From Catajapyx aquilonaris (Eukaryota): a stretch of DNA of 64,000 bases. The stretch spans positions 1 through 64,000 of the forward strand of contig KZ538170.1 of assembly GCA_000934665.2 (NCBI GenBank), written 5' to 3'. Of this stretch, positions 41,939-54,440 are shown piece after piece. The number at the start of each line of letters is the position of its first letter. The stretch's first letter is position 1. The position numbers and the translations under genes were made by a program. The notes below the pieces were generated by a model that saw only the letters and a program-made list of their open reading frames with translations, did not search any database and was not told the DNA's origin.

Positions 41939-43906
41939 TTAATTGTTTTTCCAATTACACTTGATCGAATACGACATACATTCTGCAAGACTGACAAACA
42001 GAGAAATCAATATTCCAACAGACCAAAGCAGGAAAGCAGCCTTAAGATCTTCCAAAGAATACGCGCCTTCTAGTGACTCGATAATTTCATCTTGCAAATT
42101 AATCTTGCGAATTTCAGGTAACTTTGCAAAGTAATGCACGTAGTCTTCTTCCTGATGCCATTTGGTCAATATGCCGCTGTCAACCAGCCTTTCTGCAGCA
42201 GCTATCACATGTGGAGCGTACACTTCGCCTCGACCAAAACCTATTCCAGAGAAGGTGAAAAAATATTCTTCTGGCTGAGACACTATTTTACTCACCCCAT
42301 TGTTGTTGACAAATGTAAGCATGTCTCTATTAGCATAAAGAGTACTTGCTCCGCAAACTAAATTAGCCGTAAGAACCTTTTCCAAGCATTCATGTAGAGA
42401 GTTGATAAGTTTTGCTCTCCTGTACAAAATGTGATATTTCTGATCATCTATCAAACTCAATGTAGCTTGCAGAAGTGTATATTCCTTGATTGGCAATCCC
42501 ACGTCGTAATCGGAATCTACAAGTTCATGAATACCTTGAGGAATGTATTCTTTCTCTGGGGACGTGATGAAGGCAACAAGCTTCGTTTTGTAAGCACAAC
42601 AGATGATTAAAGCAAATGCCCAAAAAATCGAGACACAAATTTTCAGTGACATGACAGGAGGTAAGCTCCTCGGCTGCTCAATGAGTATGCGAAGGTAAAT
42701 GCTTAGGGAATCAATAAATGTCAAAAAACTGAACATTTCCCGAAAATATCGGGTCAGAATAAACCATGTCGTCACGGCAGAACACAAAGTGCTAAATGCA
42801 ACAGCAGCCCACATGATAGGTGTGAATGGATATATCAGACCTTTCCATGTCCCAAAAGATCTAGGCTTCCGAGTCACTGCTATTCCGTGCCAAAACATTA
42901 TTGGATGCGATAATTCCATTTTATCTATGGCATAATCCGAGTCCAAAACTCCGAAGGACGTGTGAACATTTCCCATCATAATGTCGTCTGCAATTTCTGT
43001 CCAGGTTTCGTTGAGCAATGGCAGGAGATCGTGAAAATACAAGCGTGTGTTAGCGTTCAAGTATTCTTTTATGCCATGCATCGCTAACCCTACCATTGTT
43101 ACAGGCCCTTCACCAAACCTGAAAACCTTTTTTGAAGTCTGTGGCAAAATTTGCCTGCTGCCAATTATTACTTGACGACCGTTAAGGTCTCTGCTGTAAT
43201 CTGGGTACAAATTGTAATTAGCCTTACTATTCCGATGTACTTGACCCAGTCTGACCACACTTGATTCGCCTGCATTGCAGAAGAAGCAGGCAGTGGACAT
43301 GTCCAATGCGTTTTGATCTGGGTCGTACCTGGCCATCAACTTGAACCGAATTCCAGACGCGGTTGTGGACAAGAGTGTTTCTTTTGGGTTGGAGTCAGGT
43401 GTCATCCAGAAGAGAAACCGGTCGTAGAGATTCCTCAGGTTGGCCACTGAGGCCAGGTGAACCATCAGGTTGGGAAGAGTCTCTTGAGACGAGGGGATCA
43501 GGATGTTGAAGGCGCAGTCAGATCCGGACCAGAAGCTTGAACGCAGCTCAGGAGGCATTGTTGTGAAGGACAACAACTCCTTCTGGCTCTTCAGGTTGGG
43601 GTAATTTTGGTATGAGAACGTGAAATCTCTCATGCGAGTGATGAGCAATGAACGATAGTTTCTACTGGCTTCATTGATCGCGGTTACTTTGCCTCGTTTT
43701 GAGTCACTTGCTATGACCAAGGAGCAGGAAGAATACAGTTCGTCTCCATATCTTTGCAAGATATTCGCCATCAACAGTTCTTCCGGATCAGGAAGTACAC
43801 GCACTTGAACTTGAATATCCGCATGAATTAGTGACAGAAATGAAGAAAGCAGAGCGGTGATTGTTGCCATTGTAAAAGGACGCGTATTCAGAGTTAGTTG
43901 AAGCAT
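41939..43906 (-). CDS. G3: divergent ionotropic receptor, intronless, 655 aa (alternative start ATG at 43870)
   Basis: YPFTPIMW; RILIEQP; CCAYKTKLVAFIT; GFGRGEVYAP; YSLEDLKAAFLLW. Confidence 0.9.
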   Translation of the reverse strand: MLQLTLNTRPFTMATITALLSSFLSLIHADIQVQVRVLPDPEELLMANILQRYGDELYSSCSLVIASDSKRGKVTAINEASRNYRSLLITRMRDFTFSYQNYPNLKSQKELLSFTTMPPELRSSFWSGSDCAFNILIPSSQETLPNLMVHLASVANLRNLYDRFLFWMTPDSNPKETLLSTTASGIRFKLMARYDPDQNALDMSTACFFCNAGESSVVRLGQVHRNSKANYNLYPDYSRDLNGRQVIIGSRQILPQTSKKVFRFGEGPVTMVGLAMHGIKEYLNANTRLYFHDLLPLLNETWTEIADDIMMGNVHTSFGVLDSDYAIDKMELSHPIMFWHGIAVTRKPRSFGTWKGLIYPFTPIMWAAVAFSTLCSAVTTWFILTRYFREMFSFLTFIDSLSIYLRILIEQPRSLPPVMSLKICVSIFWAFALIICCAYKTKLVAFITSPEKEYIPQGIHELVDSDYDVGLPIKEYTLLQATLSLIDDQKYHILYRRAKLINSLHECLEKVLTANLVCGASTLYANRDMLTFVNNNGVSKIVSQPEEYFFTFSGIGFGRGEVYAPHVIAAAERLVDSGILTKWHQEEDYVHYFAKLPEIRKINLQDEIIESLEGAYSLEDLKAAFLLWSVGILISLFVSLAECMSYSIKCNWKNN

Positions 43907-44554
43907 TACAGACTGTGTAACATCTGTGCAATAATTTTAATTTATGATGTGAGGTGTGAAGGACGTGATGATCATATAGTAAAAAACAAAAGCTCTTAAT
44001 GGAGTCTTGAAGGCCATCATTTTTATTTCTGTCGTGGCATACACTATTGGCATATTGGCATGTTAACAAGTCCCTTCTAGAAGGTGACAGGGAACATTAT
44101 TGGGACCTTCACCTGGAGAAATAATGCCCCAATGAAATGCTCAGAAGTTTATCCTAGATGTTTGTTGGAATTATTATGAAAAATCTGATATAATACGTAG
44201 TATTGATTTTAAAAAACATCAAAACGAACTGAGTTTTGAGACGCATTCCCTCCATCCAATTACATAATGTATTGTGCATTACGGAGAAACACATGTAAGA
44301 CCAAAATATTCAGGAACGTAAACCATTTTTTATTATGTGCATTTCATTTACTGAAAACTTTTTCTGCGACACCTTGTGATAAACAAAAGTTTCCAGAGTT
44401 CATATTTTTACCTGCGTGTCGTTATGTAATGATATATGATTTGAAACATGGTATTTACTCTAAGGAGACACTACCTTATCAAAATCAGGTGGAGATGATT
44501 TTTTTACCATTATGCTTGATTGAATACAATATACGTAATTATTATCCTATTCTG

Positions 44555-46543
44555 CTAAACTTTTCCCAAACTGTACCTGATCAAGTACAACGTATATTCC
44601 GCAAGACCCACAGAGAGAGATACAACTATTCCAACAGTCCAGAGCATGAAAGCAGCCTTAAGATCTTCTAATGAATAGGCCCCTTCCAGCGATTCGATTA
44701 TTTCATCTCGCATATTACGCTTGCGAATCTCTGGCAACTTTGCAAGGTAATACACGTAGTCTGCTTCTTGCTTCCATTTAGTTAAGAGACCGCAGTCAAA
44801 CAATCTTCTTGCAGCAGCTATCACATGTGGAGCATACACCTCCCCTCGACCAAAACCCATTCCAGAGAAGGCGAAGAAATATTCTTCTGGATGAGACATT
44901 ATTTTGCTCTCGCCATTGTTGCTGACGAAAGTACTCATTCCTCTAATGCCAAAAAGATTACTAACTAAACAAACATAATTAGTCGTAACAACATTTTCCA
45001 AGCATTTATGTACTGAGTTCATGAATGTCGCTTTGTTGAAGATATCGTGATATTTCTGATCATCTATTAAATGCAAAGCAGCACGCAGAAGCATGTACTC
45101 AGTCATTGGCATTCCGACTTTGAAGTCGGAATCGAGAATTTCTTGAAGATCATGAGGAATGTACTCCTTATCAGGCGATGTAATAAAGGCAACAAGCTTG
45201 GTTTTGTACGCACAGATGATGATTGAAGAAAACGCCAAATAAATTGCAATGCAGAATTTTAGCGACACGAGAGACGGCAATTTCATGGGTTGCTCGATGA
45301 GTATGCGAAAGTGAAGGTTCATAGAATGCAAAAAGACCATCAGCAATGAGTCCGCCCTATTTCTGAGATCATATCGGCTCAAAATATACCATGCCGTGAT
45401 ACTGGAAAAGAGAGTAGTTAGTGCAACAGCCCCCCACATGATCGGTGTGAACGGATATATCAGAACCTTCCATGTCCCAACAGATCTTGGGACTCGAGTC
45501 ACGAACATTCCATGGTAAAAAAACATAGGATACGACATTTCCATATGTGCCGTAGAATATTCAGTGACAAGCACTGCGAAGGATATGTGAACATTCCCCA
45601 TCAGAATGTCATCCGCAATTCCTGTCCAGGTTTCGTTCAATTCAAGTTCATGTGACGAAGGCGGGGGATCTTGAAAATATATCTGGGTCGCAGCTTTCAA
45701 ATATTCTTTTATGAAGTGCACCGTTAACACTGCCACTGTTACAGGCCCTTCACCGAATTTGATACGAGTCTTCGAAATTTCTGGCACATACATTCTGCTG
45801 CCAACAATCACTTGGCGACCATGAAGGTCTCTGCTGTAGTCCGGGTACAAATTGTAATTATAACTATTATTCCGATGCACTTGTCCCAGTTTGACCACAC
45901 TTGCTTCACCTGCATTGCAGAAGAAGCATGCAGTGGACATGTCCAATGCATTTCGATCTGGGTCGTACCTGGCCATCAACTTGAACCGAATTCCAGACGC
46001 GGTTGTGGACAAGAGTGTTTCTTCTGGGTTGGAGTCAGGTGTCATCCAGAAGAGAAACCGGTCGTAGAGATTCCTCAGGTTGGCCACTGAGGCCAGGTGA
46101 ACCATCAGGTTGGGAAGAGTCTCTTGAGACGAGGGGATCAGGATGCTAAAGGCGCAGTCAGATCCGGGCCAGAAGCTTGAACGCAGCTCAGGAGGCATTG
46201 TTGTGAAGGAAAACAACTCCTTCTGGCTCTTCAGGTTGGGGTAATTTTGGTATGAAAACGTGAAGTTTTCCATGCGAGTGATTAGCACTGAACGATAGTT
46301 TCTATTGGCTTCACTTATTGCAGTTAATTTGGCAATACCCTCTTGCGTCCCACTTGCTACGACCAAGGAGAAGGACGAAAAGAGTTCGTCTGCATGTCTT
46401 CTCAAGAAATCCGCCATCAATATCACTTCCGGATCATGCAGTACACTCACTTGCACTTGAATGTCCGCGCGAATTAGTGACGAGAATGTAGCAAGCATCA
46501 ACTGAACACTAATTGTTGCCATCGTTAAACGACTTGTACGCAT
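44555..46543 (-). CDS. G4: divergent ionotropic receptor, intronless, 662 aa
   Basis: Same IR architecture: NETWTGIADDIL, YPFTPIMW, RILIEQP, CAYKTKLVAFIT, YSLEDLKAAFMLW. Confidence 0.9.
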   Translation of the reverse strand: MRTSRLTMATISVQLMLATFSSLIRADIQVQVSVLHDPEVILMADFLRRHADELFSSFSLVVASGTQEGIAKLTAISEANRNYRSVLITRMENFTFSYQNYPNLKSQKELFSFTTMPPELRSSFWPGSDCAFSILIPSSQETLPNLMVHLASVANLRNLYDRFLFWMTPDSNPEETLLSTTASGIRFKLMARYDPDRNALDMSTACFFCNAGEASVVKLGQVHRNNSYNYNLYPDYSRDLHGRQVIVGSRMYVPEISKTRIKFGEGPVTVAVLTVHFIKEYLKAATQIYFQDPPPSSHELELNETWTGIADDILMGNVHISFAVLVTEYSTAHMEMSYPMFFYHGMFVTRVPRSVGTWKVLIYPFTPIMWGAVALTTLFSSITAWYILSRYDLRNRADSLLMVFLHSMNLHFRILIEQPMKLPSLVSLKFCIAIYLAFSSIIICAYKTKLVAFITSPDKEYIPHDLQEILDSDFKVGMPMTEYMLLRAALHLIDDQKYHDIFNKATFMNSVHKCLENVVTTNYVCLVSNLFGIRGMSTFVSNNGESKIMSHPEEYFFAFSGMGFGRGEVYAPHVIAAARRLFDCGLLTKWKQEADYVYYLAKLPEIRKRNMRDEIIESLEGAYSLEDLKAAFMLWTVGIVVSLSVGLAEYTLYLIRYSLGKV

Positions 46544-46955
46544 GGGACTTCGCAGAGTGCTGTATTACTGATGGTGGTGCTTTTAAATTTCAGTTTGTAG
46601 GGTGCGGTGTGGAGGATGCGATGGTGGTAGTGCAGAAAAAGACATCCTAATGGAATATTGAAGGCGACAACTTTTATGCCTGCCAACACAATGGAGTAGT
46701 GACATGCTGTCATTGTTATGAAATGGATTGCATGCTCGTGAAGATGGCGGAGAACGTCAAGCATTGAATTTCAAACAAGAGGGTCTCTGTATCATGTACG
46801 AGTACATATATTTCAAAGTTCACAATAGATTATAACCATGAAAATAAATGTCTTTAACTGCCTGTGACACAGTTGCCAGTATGACGGTCAATACTTGCGT
46901 GAAACGTCTCAGGAAACACAAATATTATTCATGAGTTGCAAGAATAAGACTGTAA

Positions 46956-47171
46956 ATTTCGGTATCGACGTGCGAGTTCCTCGTATGCGAGTCCTCGTAA
47001 GCGAGAAATCTTGTACGTCGAGTCGCCTCAGTCTTTGTCGCCTCAGGGCCCCTCTTGTCCCTCGAAAAGGGGATGAAAGTTTAAAATTTTCACATTTTCC
47101 TCTTTCCTCGTATCCGGGCATGCGCAGTTGGCTCCTCGTATGCGAGAAATCTTGTACATGGATACCGGCCT
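46956..47171. mobile_element. PIF/Harbinger-like MITE with TAA target-site duplication
   Basis: Flanked by TAA (46953-46955 and 47172-47174). Right terminus reverse-complemented (AGGCCGGTATCCATGTACAAG) resembles the degenerate left terminus (ATTTCGGTATCGACGTGCGAG). Absent at the paralogous spacer positions ~50700 and ~55865. Confidence 0.55.
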
Positions 47172-47803
47172 TAAGTCGTTGGGATGAAATTAATCTAAAT
47201 ATTTGCTATATAATTTACCTATTTCCCACCTTTACCGTTAGACATTTTCTTCCTTTATAAATTCAGTCATCTATCGTATTGAAAGTAGAGCTTTAAAGGG
47301 TTATTGGAAATCCGAGATGCAAAGCAATCTTTACAAAATACATGCCAGGTGTCCCATCAGAATACGTTGAACCTTTTCAACATAATTATTATGAACTACC
47401 ATATAAAATAAAAAAGGTCTATTCTGTAGAGCAGACATTTGTAAGACGAAGTATGAAGGACCTTGCGTACAGTATTGAAACAATAACTTCAAAATGAACT
47501 GAATAGTGATTAGCATTATTTACTTCATACATTTTTTTTACATATTATGTGAAAATATTCGATAGGTAACTACATCACAGAGAAACGTTCGAAATACAAT
47601 ATATAACGACATATTATCAAGTACAATGTGCATTACATTTTCCTGAAAGATTAATCCAGAAACCATGAGATAGCTATAAAGGTTGCTAAGTATATTTCAT
47701 ATCTGCCAGTGCATATCACTGTGTGATGATGTTCTGTGATGTATTACTGTAAGAAATAGATGCAATGGTACTAACGGTTGTACGTGAAATTTGTCTCACA
47801 TGC

Positions 47804-49746
47804 CTACTTGGTCGGATAAGATATATATTCTGCAAGAAACACTAATATAGATATTATTATTCCACAAGACCAAAGCATGAAAGCAGCCGAAAGATCATCC
47901 AATGAATAGGCACCTTCCAGAGACTCGATCACTACTTCTATCACGTTATCTTTGCGAATTTCAGGCAACTTTGCAAAGTAATGCACGTAGTTTTCTTCAT
48001 ATTGCCATTTGGCCAATAGACCACTATGAATCCATACTTTTGCAGCAGCTATCACATGTGGAGCGTACACCTCCCCTCGACCGAAAGCTATTCCAGAGAA
48101 AATGAATAAATATTCTTCTGGCTGGGTCATTATTTTGCTCTCTCCGTTGTTGTTGACAAATGTACTCATTTCTCTATCAGCAAAAGCACTATTCATCATG
48201 CAAACAAAATTATTCTGCAGTACCTTTTCGAAGCATTCATATTGTGAGTTCATGAGTTTGCTTTCTTGAAAATATCGTGATATTTCTGATCATCTATGAG
48301 AGGCAAAGAAGAACTCAGAAGCATGTATTCCCCCAGAGGCAGTCCCACGTCGAAGTTGGAATCGATTATTTCTTGAAAATCGCTAGGAAGGTACTCCTTA
48401 TCAGGCGATGTGATAAAGGCAACAAGCTTGGTCTTGTAGGCACAGCAGATGATAAAAGCAAAGAAGCAAAAAAATGCAACACAAACTCTCAGCGACGTAA
48501 GAGGTGGCAATTTCATGGGTTGTTCTATGAGTATGCGAAAGTGAATGTTCATAGAATGCAGGAAAATGAGAATACGTGAATTGTGTTGAGAATATCTGCA
48601 CAAAATACAGCCAACGGTGATAGCAGAGAACATAGCACTTATCCTAACAGCAATCCACATGATGGGTGTGAATGGATATATCAGAACTTTCCATGATATC
48701 TCAACAGATCTGGGGACGCGAGTCACTGCTATTCCGTGCCAAAGATTTGTAGGATATGACAGTACCATATGTTCCGTTGAATATTCCGAGACAAGCACTG
48801 CGAAGGATATGTGAACATTTCCCATCAGAATGTCATCTTCAATTCCGGTCCAGGATTCGTTCAAACCAAGTTCATATGACGAAGATAGGGGATCTTGAAG
48901 ATACGTGTCCGCATTAGCGTTCAATACTTGTTTTATGGCGTTCATTTCTAACCCTACCCTTGTTACAGACCCTTCCCCAAACCTGACATTCTTCTTCGCA
49001 TTCTCGGGCACATACATCCTGCTGCCAACAATCACTTTATGACCGTGGAGGTCTCTGCTGTAGTCTGGGTACAAATTGTAATTATTAGCCTTACTATTCC
49101 GATGCACTTGTCCTAGCCTGACCACCTTTGATTCGCCTTGGTTGCAGAAGAAGCAGGCAGTGGACAGGTCCATTGCGTTTCGATCTGGGTCGTACCTGGC
49201 CATCAACTTGAACCGAATTCCAGACGCGGTTGTGGACAAGAGTGTTTCTTCTGGGTCGGAGTCAGGTGTCATCCAGAAGAGGAACCGGTCGTAGAGATTC
49301 CTCAGGTTGGCCACAGAGGCCAGGTGAACCATCAGGTTGGGAAGAGTCTCTTGAGACGAGGGGATCAGGATGTTGAAGGCGCAGTCAGATCCGGGCCAGA
49401 AGCTTGAACGCAGCTCAGGAGGCATTGTTGTGAAGGAAAACAACTCCTTCTGGCTCTTCAAGTTGGGGTAATTTTGGTGTGAGAACGTGAAGTTTTCCAT
49501 GCGAGTGATGAGGACAGAACGATAGTTGCCATTAGCTCTCTTGATTTGAGTAAACTTGGCAATGCCTCCCTTTGTGTCACTTGCTACCACCATGGAGCAG
49601 GAAGCATAAAGTCACTGTGCGTGTAGTTGAAAGAAACTTTCCATCAATCTCTCTTCATAATCTTGGAAAACACTTACTCGACAGTTGGCAAATGCGGACA
49701 TGATTGCAGCAATGATAAGAATCAGTTGAAGAGCGATTACTGCCAT
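47804..49746 (-). pseudogene. G5: full-length divergent IR copy with premature TGA and a 1-nt frameshift
   Basis: ATG at 49744-49746 aligns with G6-G8 starts; in-frame TGA at 49612-49614 (codon 45, K in G6/G7); one base missing at ~48254-48258 splits ORFs 48250-49593 and 47804-48253. Confidence 0.85.
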
Positions 49747-50374
49747 CACAAACGTACGTTCTCAACCTTAGTTGAATGCTTGCTGACTGCTGTGTTCCGC
49801 AGTACTCTTTAAGGGTCAATTTCTGTGGTGGGGTTGAAGGGTTGACATTTGGGTAAAAGGAATAAGCTATTAATTCTGGACAACTACCTCTTACGAAAGG
49901 CGTTCACGTTCACCTGTGTGACATTTTAACATGTTACGTAACTGCTCAGATAGTGCTGTTATACAGAAGATGAACAATTACGCTTTCTCGTCTGCTTTTC
50001 GAGATATTTATTAAAAAGTTCAACTGTTATAGTTTTACCAGAATATCTACAGCTAACAGTACTGACAGGATCAATTGAACAGCTGCTCATGCCATTGAAA
50101 GGCGACATACGTATTTGAATCTTAATTGAAGCATTGGATAGTACTACGTTGCACGTTTGACACTGCACTGCTGTCCATGTCAAATGGGGGGCTGTTTAAT
50201 AATAAACTGCTGAAGAAATCTATCAACTAATGGACCCTACATAAAAATATGTCATGGTTGACCTTGCTTCTACACAATGAGTTATTGACTTTTTGGGTGA
50301 CGCGCATTAAGAGGTCGATTTGATATGAGTGTGAGTGCTCGTCGTTTACGTTGGAGTTTGGAGTTGAAATACCT

Positions 50375-50580
50375 TCACTCACAGGGTGAACTTAACTCAG
50401 GAAGCATTGTTGTGGGTGAAAATAACTCCTTCTTGCTCTTCAGGTTGGGGAAATTTCGGTATGAGAACGAGATATTTTCGATCCGACTTATGAGCACTGA
50501 ACGATAGTTGCCACTAGCTCTCTTGATTCGAGTAAACTTGGCAGTACCTCTCATTGCGTCACTTGCTACGACAAAGAAGA
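50375..50580 (-). pseudogene. Short IR N-terminal relic
   Basis: VVASDAMRGTAKFTRIKRASGNYRSVLISRIENISFSYRNFPNLKSKKELFSPTTMLPELSS aligns with the N-terminal region of G4-G8; no start and no remainder. Confidence 0.85.
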
Positions 50581-51320
50581 AAGAATAAGCACGACAATAA
50601 ATTACTTTACTCGCTCTGACACAGGTGCCACTCTGATGGTCAATAATTGCTTTGAACTTCAAGAAACACAAACATTAATAATGAGTTGCAAGAATATTAA
50701 GGTAAGTCGGGGGAAGACGCCCCAATCTTTCTCATTCTCCATGTGACTGAGATGTGATGATGTCTCCTGGTGCTAAGAGAGCCCCTATACTATCCCCCAC
50801 CTATAACCATGAGATGGAGTCAGCAGGATCAATTAAACAGGTCCAATAATTATCGAAACATTGTGAAAACTCTCATCATTTGAGCAGGTCATTATATTAC
50901 GATATAATGAACCACCACATAAAAAAGAAGAAGTTTATAATGTAGAGATTGTAGACGTTTGTAAGACAAAGTATGAAAGACCTTGTGTACACTGTACAGT
51001 ATTGAAACAATAACTACAAAATGAACTGAATAGTGATAAGCATTATTTATTTCCTACACTTACATATTGTGCGAAAATATTCGACAGATACTCATACAGT
51101 ACATCACAGAGAGACGTTCGAGATACAACATATTATCAAGTACAAGGTGCATTACATTTTCCTGATACATTAACCCAGACACCGTGAGATAGCCATAAAA
51201 GTTGCTAAGTATTTATATCCACCTGTGCATGTCACTGTGTGATGATATTCTGTGAGACATGGGAAACCCTGTAATAAATAGATGCTATGGTACTAACGTG
51301 TGCACGTGAGTCTCACGTGC

Positions 51321-53264
51321 CTAATTTTTCCAATACGATATACATTCAGCAAGAACCACTAAATTAGACATCATCATTCCACACGACCAGAGCATGAAAG
51401 CAGCCAAAAGATCTTCCAATGAATAGGCACCTGTCAGAGACTCGATCACTTCTTCTCGCAGGCTATCTTCTCGAATTTCAGGCAACTTTGCAAAGTAATG
51501 CACGTAGTCTTCTTCATATTGCCATTTGGAAAATATACCACTATCAAACAATGCCTTTACAGCAGATATTACATGTGGAGCATACACCTCCCCTCGACCA
51601 AAACCTATTCCAGAGAAAGTGAAGAAATATTCTTCTGGCAGGGTCATTATTTTGCTCTCTCCGTTGTTGTCGACAAATGTACTCATTTCTCTATTAGCAA
51701 AAGCACTAGTTGCCGTGCAGACAAAATTACTCTGCAGTACCTTTTCGACGCATTCGTATCGTGAGTTCATGTACATTGCTTTCTTGAAGAGAGAGTGATA
51801 TTTCTTATCCTCTATTAAAGGCAAATAATAATTCAGAATCATGTACTCCAACGGTGGCAGACCCACTTCAAAGTCGGAATCGATTATTTCCTGAATATAG
51901 TGAGGAATATATTCCTTATCAGGTGATGTAATAAAGGCAATAAGCTTGGTCTTGTAGGCACAGCTGATGATAGAAGCAAAGAACCAAAAAAATGCAACAC
52001 AAACTTTAAGCGATGTAAGAGGTGGCAATTTCATGGGTTGTTCTATGAGTATGCGAAAGTGAATGTTCAGAGAATGCAATAACACCATAATGCGTGAATT
52101 GGTTTGATAATATCTGCACAAAATGCAACATACGGTAATAGCAGAGAACAGGGTACTTAGCGTAACAGCAACCCACATGATAAGTGTGAATGGATATATC
52201 AGAACTTTCCAGGAAATCCCAACAGACTTGGGGACGCGAGTCATTCCTATTACGCGCCAAAGATTTGTAGGATATGACAGTACCAAATGTTCCGTTGAAT
52301 ATTCCGAGGCAATCACTTCCAAGGATACGTGAACATTTCCCACCAGAATGTCATCTTCAATTACTCCTGTCCAGGATTCGTTCAATTCAAGTTTATATGA
52401 CAAATATGGGAGATCTTGAAGGTACGTGTCCGCATTAGCGTTCAATACTTGTTTTATGGCGTTCATTTCTAACCCTAACCTCGATACAGGCCCTTCCCCA
52501 AACCTGACATTCTTTTTCGTATTCTCCGGCACATACACCCTGGTTCCAACAATCACTTTAAGGCCATAAAGGTCTCTGCTGTAGTCCGGGTACAAATTGT
52601 AATTAAACTTACAATTCCAATGCACTTGTCCGAGTTTGACCACCCTTGATTCGCCTTGGTTGCAGAAGAAGCAGGCAGTGGAGAGGTCCATTGCATTTCG
52701 ATCTGGGTCGTACTTGGCCATCAACTTGAACCGGATTCCAGACGCGGTTGTGGACATGAGCGTTTCTTCTGGGTTGGAGTCAGGTGTCATCCAGAAGAGA
52801 AACCGGTCGTAGAGATTCCTCAGGTTGGCCACTGAGGCCAGGTGAACCGTCAGGTTGGGAAGAGTCTCTTGAGACGAGGGGATCAGGATGTTGAAGGCGC
52901 AGTCAGATCCGGGCCAGAAGCTTGAACGGAGCTCAGGAGGCATTGTTGTGAAGGAAAACAACTCCTTCTGGCTCTTCAGGTTGGGGTAATTTTGGTATGA
53001 GAACGAGAAATTTTCCATGAGAGTGATGAGGACAGAACGATAGTTGCCATTAGCTTTCTTGATCTCAGTGAACTTGGCAACACCTCTCTTTGTGTCACTT
53101 GCTACCACCACGGAGCAGGAAGCATAAAGTTTTCCTCCTTGTAGTTGAAAGAAATTCTCCATCAATCTCTCTTCATAATCTTGGAGAACACTTACTCGAC
53201 TCTTGGCAAATGCGGACATGATTGCACCAATGATAAGAATCAGTTGAAAAGCGATTGCTGCCAT
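51321..53264 (-). CDS. G6: divergent ionotropic receptor, intronless, 647 aa from ATG
   Basis: ORF track start is a GTG; first ATG at 53262-53264. IR motifs RILIEQP, SCAYKTKLIAFIT, YSLEDLLAAFMLW. Confidence 0.9.
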   Translation of the reverse strand: MAAIAFQLILIIGAIMSAFAKSRVSVLQDYEERLMENFFQLQGGKLYASCSVVVASDTKRGVAKFTEIKKANGNYRSVLITLMENFSFSYQNYPNLKSQKELFSFTTMPPELRSSFWPGSDCAFNILIPSSQETLPNLTVHLASVANLRNLYDRFLFWMTPDSNPEETLMSTTASGIRFKLMAKYDPDRNAMDLSTACFFCNQGESRVVKLGQVHWNCKFNYNLYPDYSRDLYGLKVIVGTRVYVPENTKKNVRFGEGPVSRLGLEMNAIKQVLNANADTYLQDLPYLSYKLELNESWTGVIEDDILVGNVHVSLEVIASEYSTEHLVLSYPTNLWRVIGMTRVPKSVGISWKVLIYPFTLIMWVAVTLSTLFSAITVCCILCRYYQTNSRIMVLLHSLNIHFRILIEQPMKLPPLTSLKVCVAFFWFFASIISCAYKTKLIAFITSPDKEYIPHYIQEIIDSDFEVGLPPLEYMILNYYLPLIEDKKYHSLFKKAMYMNSRYECVEKVLQSNFVCTATSAFANREMSTFVDNNGESKIMTLPEEYFFTFSGIGFGRGEVYAPHVISAVKALFDSGIFSKWQYEEDYVHYFAKLPEIREDSLREEVIESLTGAYSLEDLLAAFMLWSCGMMMSNLVVLAECISYWKN

Positions 53265-53890
53265 CACAAAAGTACGTTCTCAACCGTAGTTGAATGCTTG
53301 TCGACTGCTGCGATGCACAGTACTCGGTATTTAATGGTCAGTTTTTGTGGTGGGGCAGGAGGGTTGACATTTGGGTAAAAGGAATAATCTATTAATCCTG
53401 GACAACTACCTCTTACGAAAGGCGTTCATGTCGACTTGTTTTTAAAAGCAATATTGATATTTTCACCGTGTTACGTAACTGTTCAGATAGTGATGTTATA
53501 CAAAAGATGAACAATTGCGCTTTCTCGTTTGCCATTCGAGATATTTATTAAAAAGTTCAACAGTCATATCCATGCACAGTTAACAGTAGGCTATTGACAA
53601 GATCATTTGAACAGCTGCTCATGCCATTGAAAATCGACATATTTAAATCTTAATCGAAGCAGTGTATATAATCCTACGTTTCACGTTTGACATATCACTG
53701 CAGTCCAAGTCAAATGGGGGGCTGTTTAAGTATTATGCTGAGGAAATCTATCAACTAATGGACCCTACATATGGTTGACCTTCTACATAGTGAGTTATTG
53801 ACTTTTTGGGTGACGCGCATTAAGAAGTAGATCTGATATGAGTGTGAGTCGGTGTGAGTGCTCGTCGTTTACTTTGGAGTTGCAATACCT

Positions 53891-54280
53891 TCACTCCCAT
53901 GGTGAACTTAACTCAGGAAGCATTGTTGTGGATGAAAATAACTCCTTCTTGCTCTTCAGGTTGGGGTAATTTCGATATGAGAACGAGATATTTTTGTTCC
54001 GACTTATGAGCACTGAACGTTAGTTGCCACTAGCTTTCTTGATTCGAGTAAACTTGGCAATACCTCCCATTGTTCCACTTGCTACGACAAAGGAGAGAGA
54101 GGAAAGCAGTTCGTCTCCATGTCTTTATAAGAAATCCGCCATCAATGTCACTCCTGGGTCATGCAGTGCACTTACTTGAACTTGAATGCCCTTGTGAATG
54201 CCCGAAAGAATTGGTGACAATAATGTATGAAGCCTCAAATGAACTGTGATTGTTGCCCTTGTCAAACGACTAGTACGCAT
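53891..54280 (-). pseudogene. 5'-only IR pseudogene of G4 type
   Basis: Begins MRTSRLT as in G4 (ATG 54278-54280), continues IQVQVSALHDPGVTLMADFL*RHGDEL; stops at 54125-54127 and 54020-54022; homology ends at TTMLPELSSPW. Confidence 0.88.
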
Positions 54281-54440
54281 AGCAAGTATGGACAACGCGA
54301 CTCAGAGTGGTGGTGGTTCCAGATTTTAGTTTGTGGGGTGAGGTGTGGAGGATGTGATGGTCGTAGTGCATGAAAAATATGCAAATGGACCATTGAAAGC
54401 GAAAGATTTTATAGCTTCTAATGCATAGAGTGCTGACATG

